Under the pieces are notes generated by a model. The model was not told the origin of the DNA, searched no databases, and worked only from the letters and a program-made list of their open reading frames with translations. The position numbers and the translations under genes were made by a program. Of a DNA stretch of 32,000 nt, positions 31,364-32,000 are shown one piece after another (the stretch's first letter is position 1; each line of letters starts with the position of its first letter). The stretch comes from Ornithinimicrobium kibberense (lineage in GTDB: Bacteria; Actinomycetota; Actinomycetes; Actinomycetales; Dermatophilaceae). The stretch spans positions 48,179 to 80,178 of the forward strand of contig NZ_VFXM01000015.1 of the NCBI RefSeq assembly GCF_006519705.1. The letters run 5' to 3'.

Positions 31364-32000
31364 GACGGGGCCTCCCGGTGGACACGGTCGTAGATGCCGG
31401 CCAGCGACGCGGCCATCGTGCCGATCCCGAACCGCTCGGCCACCATCGTGCGCGCGTGCTCGGCCCGAGCCGCCGCCCCGGGCGCGACGGCCAGGTCCAG
31501 GGCGGTGACCACGGCCTCGGCCAGGGCGTCCTGGGAGGTGGTGTCGACGAGCAGGCCGGTGACCCCGTGCTCGACGTAGGTGGCCGGTCCGCCCACCCGA
31601 GGAGCGACCACCACGAGGCCGGACGCCATCGCCTCGAGGATGGCGATGCCGAACTCCTCCTTGAGGCTGGCCGACACGTACACCCCGCCTGCGGCGGCGA
31701 GCCCCGGGCGGCCGTGCCGGACCGCGGCCAGCCAGGTCGCCACGGTCTCGTTGGGACGGTGTCCGGCGAGCAGCAGGCCCCGGCCGGCCTCCTCGCCCGG
31801 GGGGACGGTCTCGGCGACGAGGGAGAGCTGCTCCTCCTCGTCGTCGGTCGGGTCCGCCAGGTCACCGCCCACCAGCAGCAGGTTGCAGCGCCGCGCGCAC
31901 CGGGGGTCTCGGGCCCACGCCTCGACGAGGGTCGCCATCCCCTTGACCCGGTGCAGCCGTCCGACGGAGACGAGCAGGGGCAGGCCGCGCCGTGCGGGTG
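31360..32000 (-). CDS. GT4-family glycosyltransferase, C-terminal part (5' end outside the window)
   Basis: The frame stays open to base 32000 (...GLPLLVSVGRLHRVKGMATLVEAW...). 'EEFGIAILEAMASGLVVVA' is an E-x7-E motif. Confidence 0.8.
   Translation of the reverse strand, partial: PARRGLPLLVSVGRLHRVKGMATLVEAWARDPRCARRCNLLLVGGDLADPTDDEEEQLSLVAETVPPGEEAGRGLLLAGHRPNETVATWLAAVRHGRPGLAAAGGVYVSASLKEEFGIAILEAMASGLVVVAPRVGGPATYVEHGVTGLLVDTTSQDALAEAVVTALDLAVAPGAAARAEHARTMVAERFGIGTMAASLAGIYDRVHREAPS

Noticed and set aside
31355-31365. One-base discrepancy between my manual base count and the ORF track at the GT4/GT1 junction
   Set aside because: This is probably my own counting error in that line. The ORF-track coordinates (stop at 31360, GTG start at 31363, GTGA overlap) are internally consistent, so I used them.
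1-32000. Search for CRISPR arrays, tRNA/rRNA genes, IS elements with terminal inverted repeats, toxin-antitoxin pairs or known defence systems
   Set aside because: I found no periodic repeat-spacer pattern, no cloverleaf-like or rRNA-like segments, and no transposase or integrase ORFs. The MoxR-VWA pair is explained by its CoxD/CoxE context.

Overview
High-GC (roughly 70%+) actinobacterial chromosomal segment. mshC (mycothiol), an F420-type LLM oxidoreductase and a PAC2 protein point to Actinomycetota, possibly Micrococcales-like. All product calls rest on motif and family recognition by eye, GC3 (third-codon-position GC) skew, SD (Shine-Dalgarno) sequences and start/stop overlap geometry; no database search was run. 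I call 37 CDS, mostly on the minus strand. I saw no rRNA, tRNA, CRISPR array or classical IS element. (1) 1-9 kb is a conserved core block: RecB-like nuclease fragment, PAC2, HAD hydrolase, then one long minus-strand operon (acidic protein, LLM oxidoreductase, MSMEG_4193-type phosphomutase, DUF3090, SCO1664 kinase-like protein, mshC, orphan ectC-like gene), followed by DUF5703 and an M20 peptidase. (2) 9-24 kb is a form-II CODH (carbon monoxide dehydrogenase)-like molybdenum hydroxylase locus, with coxS-coxL-coxM-coxG structural genes and mocA, coxD/MoxR, coxE/VWA and xdhC maturation genes. Two same-strand blocks interrupt it. One is a DUF222/HNH endonuclease gene. The other, the most interesting object here, is a six-gene module in which every junction overlaps: quinol-dependent NO reductase (qNOR), a 4-Cys membrane protein, an SPFH/stomatin protein, and three small membrane proteins. 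The last of these is a 57-aa tail-anchored Phe-rich protein whose 20-aa core hides inside a composite shadow ORF in the track. The module has no NfeD partner and carries a recurring Y-A-S-D-R-[RK] tail motif. (3) 24-32 kb holds a pentapeptide-repeat protein, a small acidic repeat protein, a two-Cys Crp/Fnr regulator, a CueP-like lipoprotein, a small 4-Cys protein, an ABC1 kinase, PadR, a histidine phosphatase, and GT1 and GT4 glycosyltransferases. Most long plus-strand ORFs in the track are antisense shadows typical of high-GC DNA.
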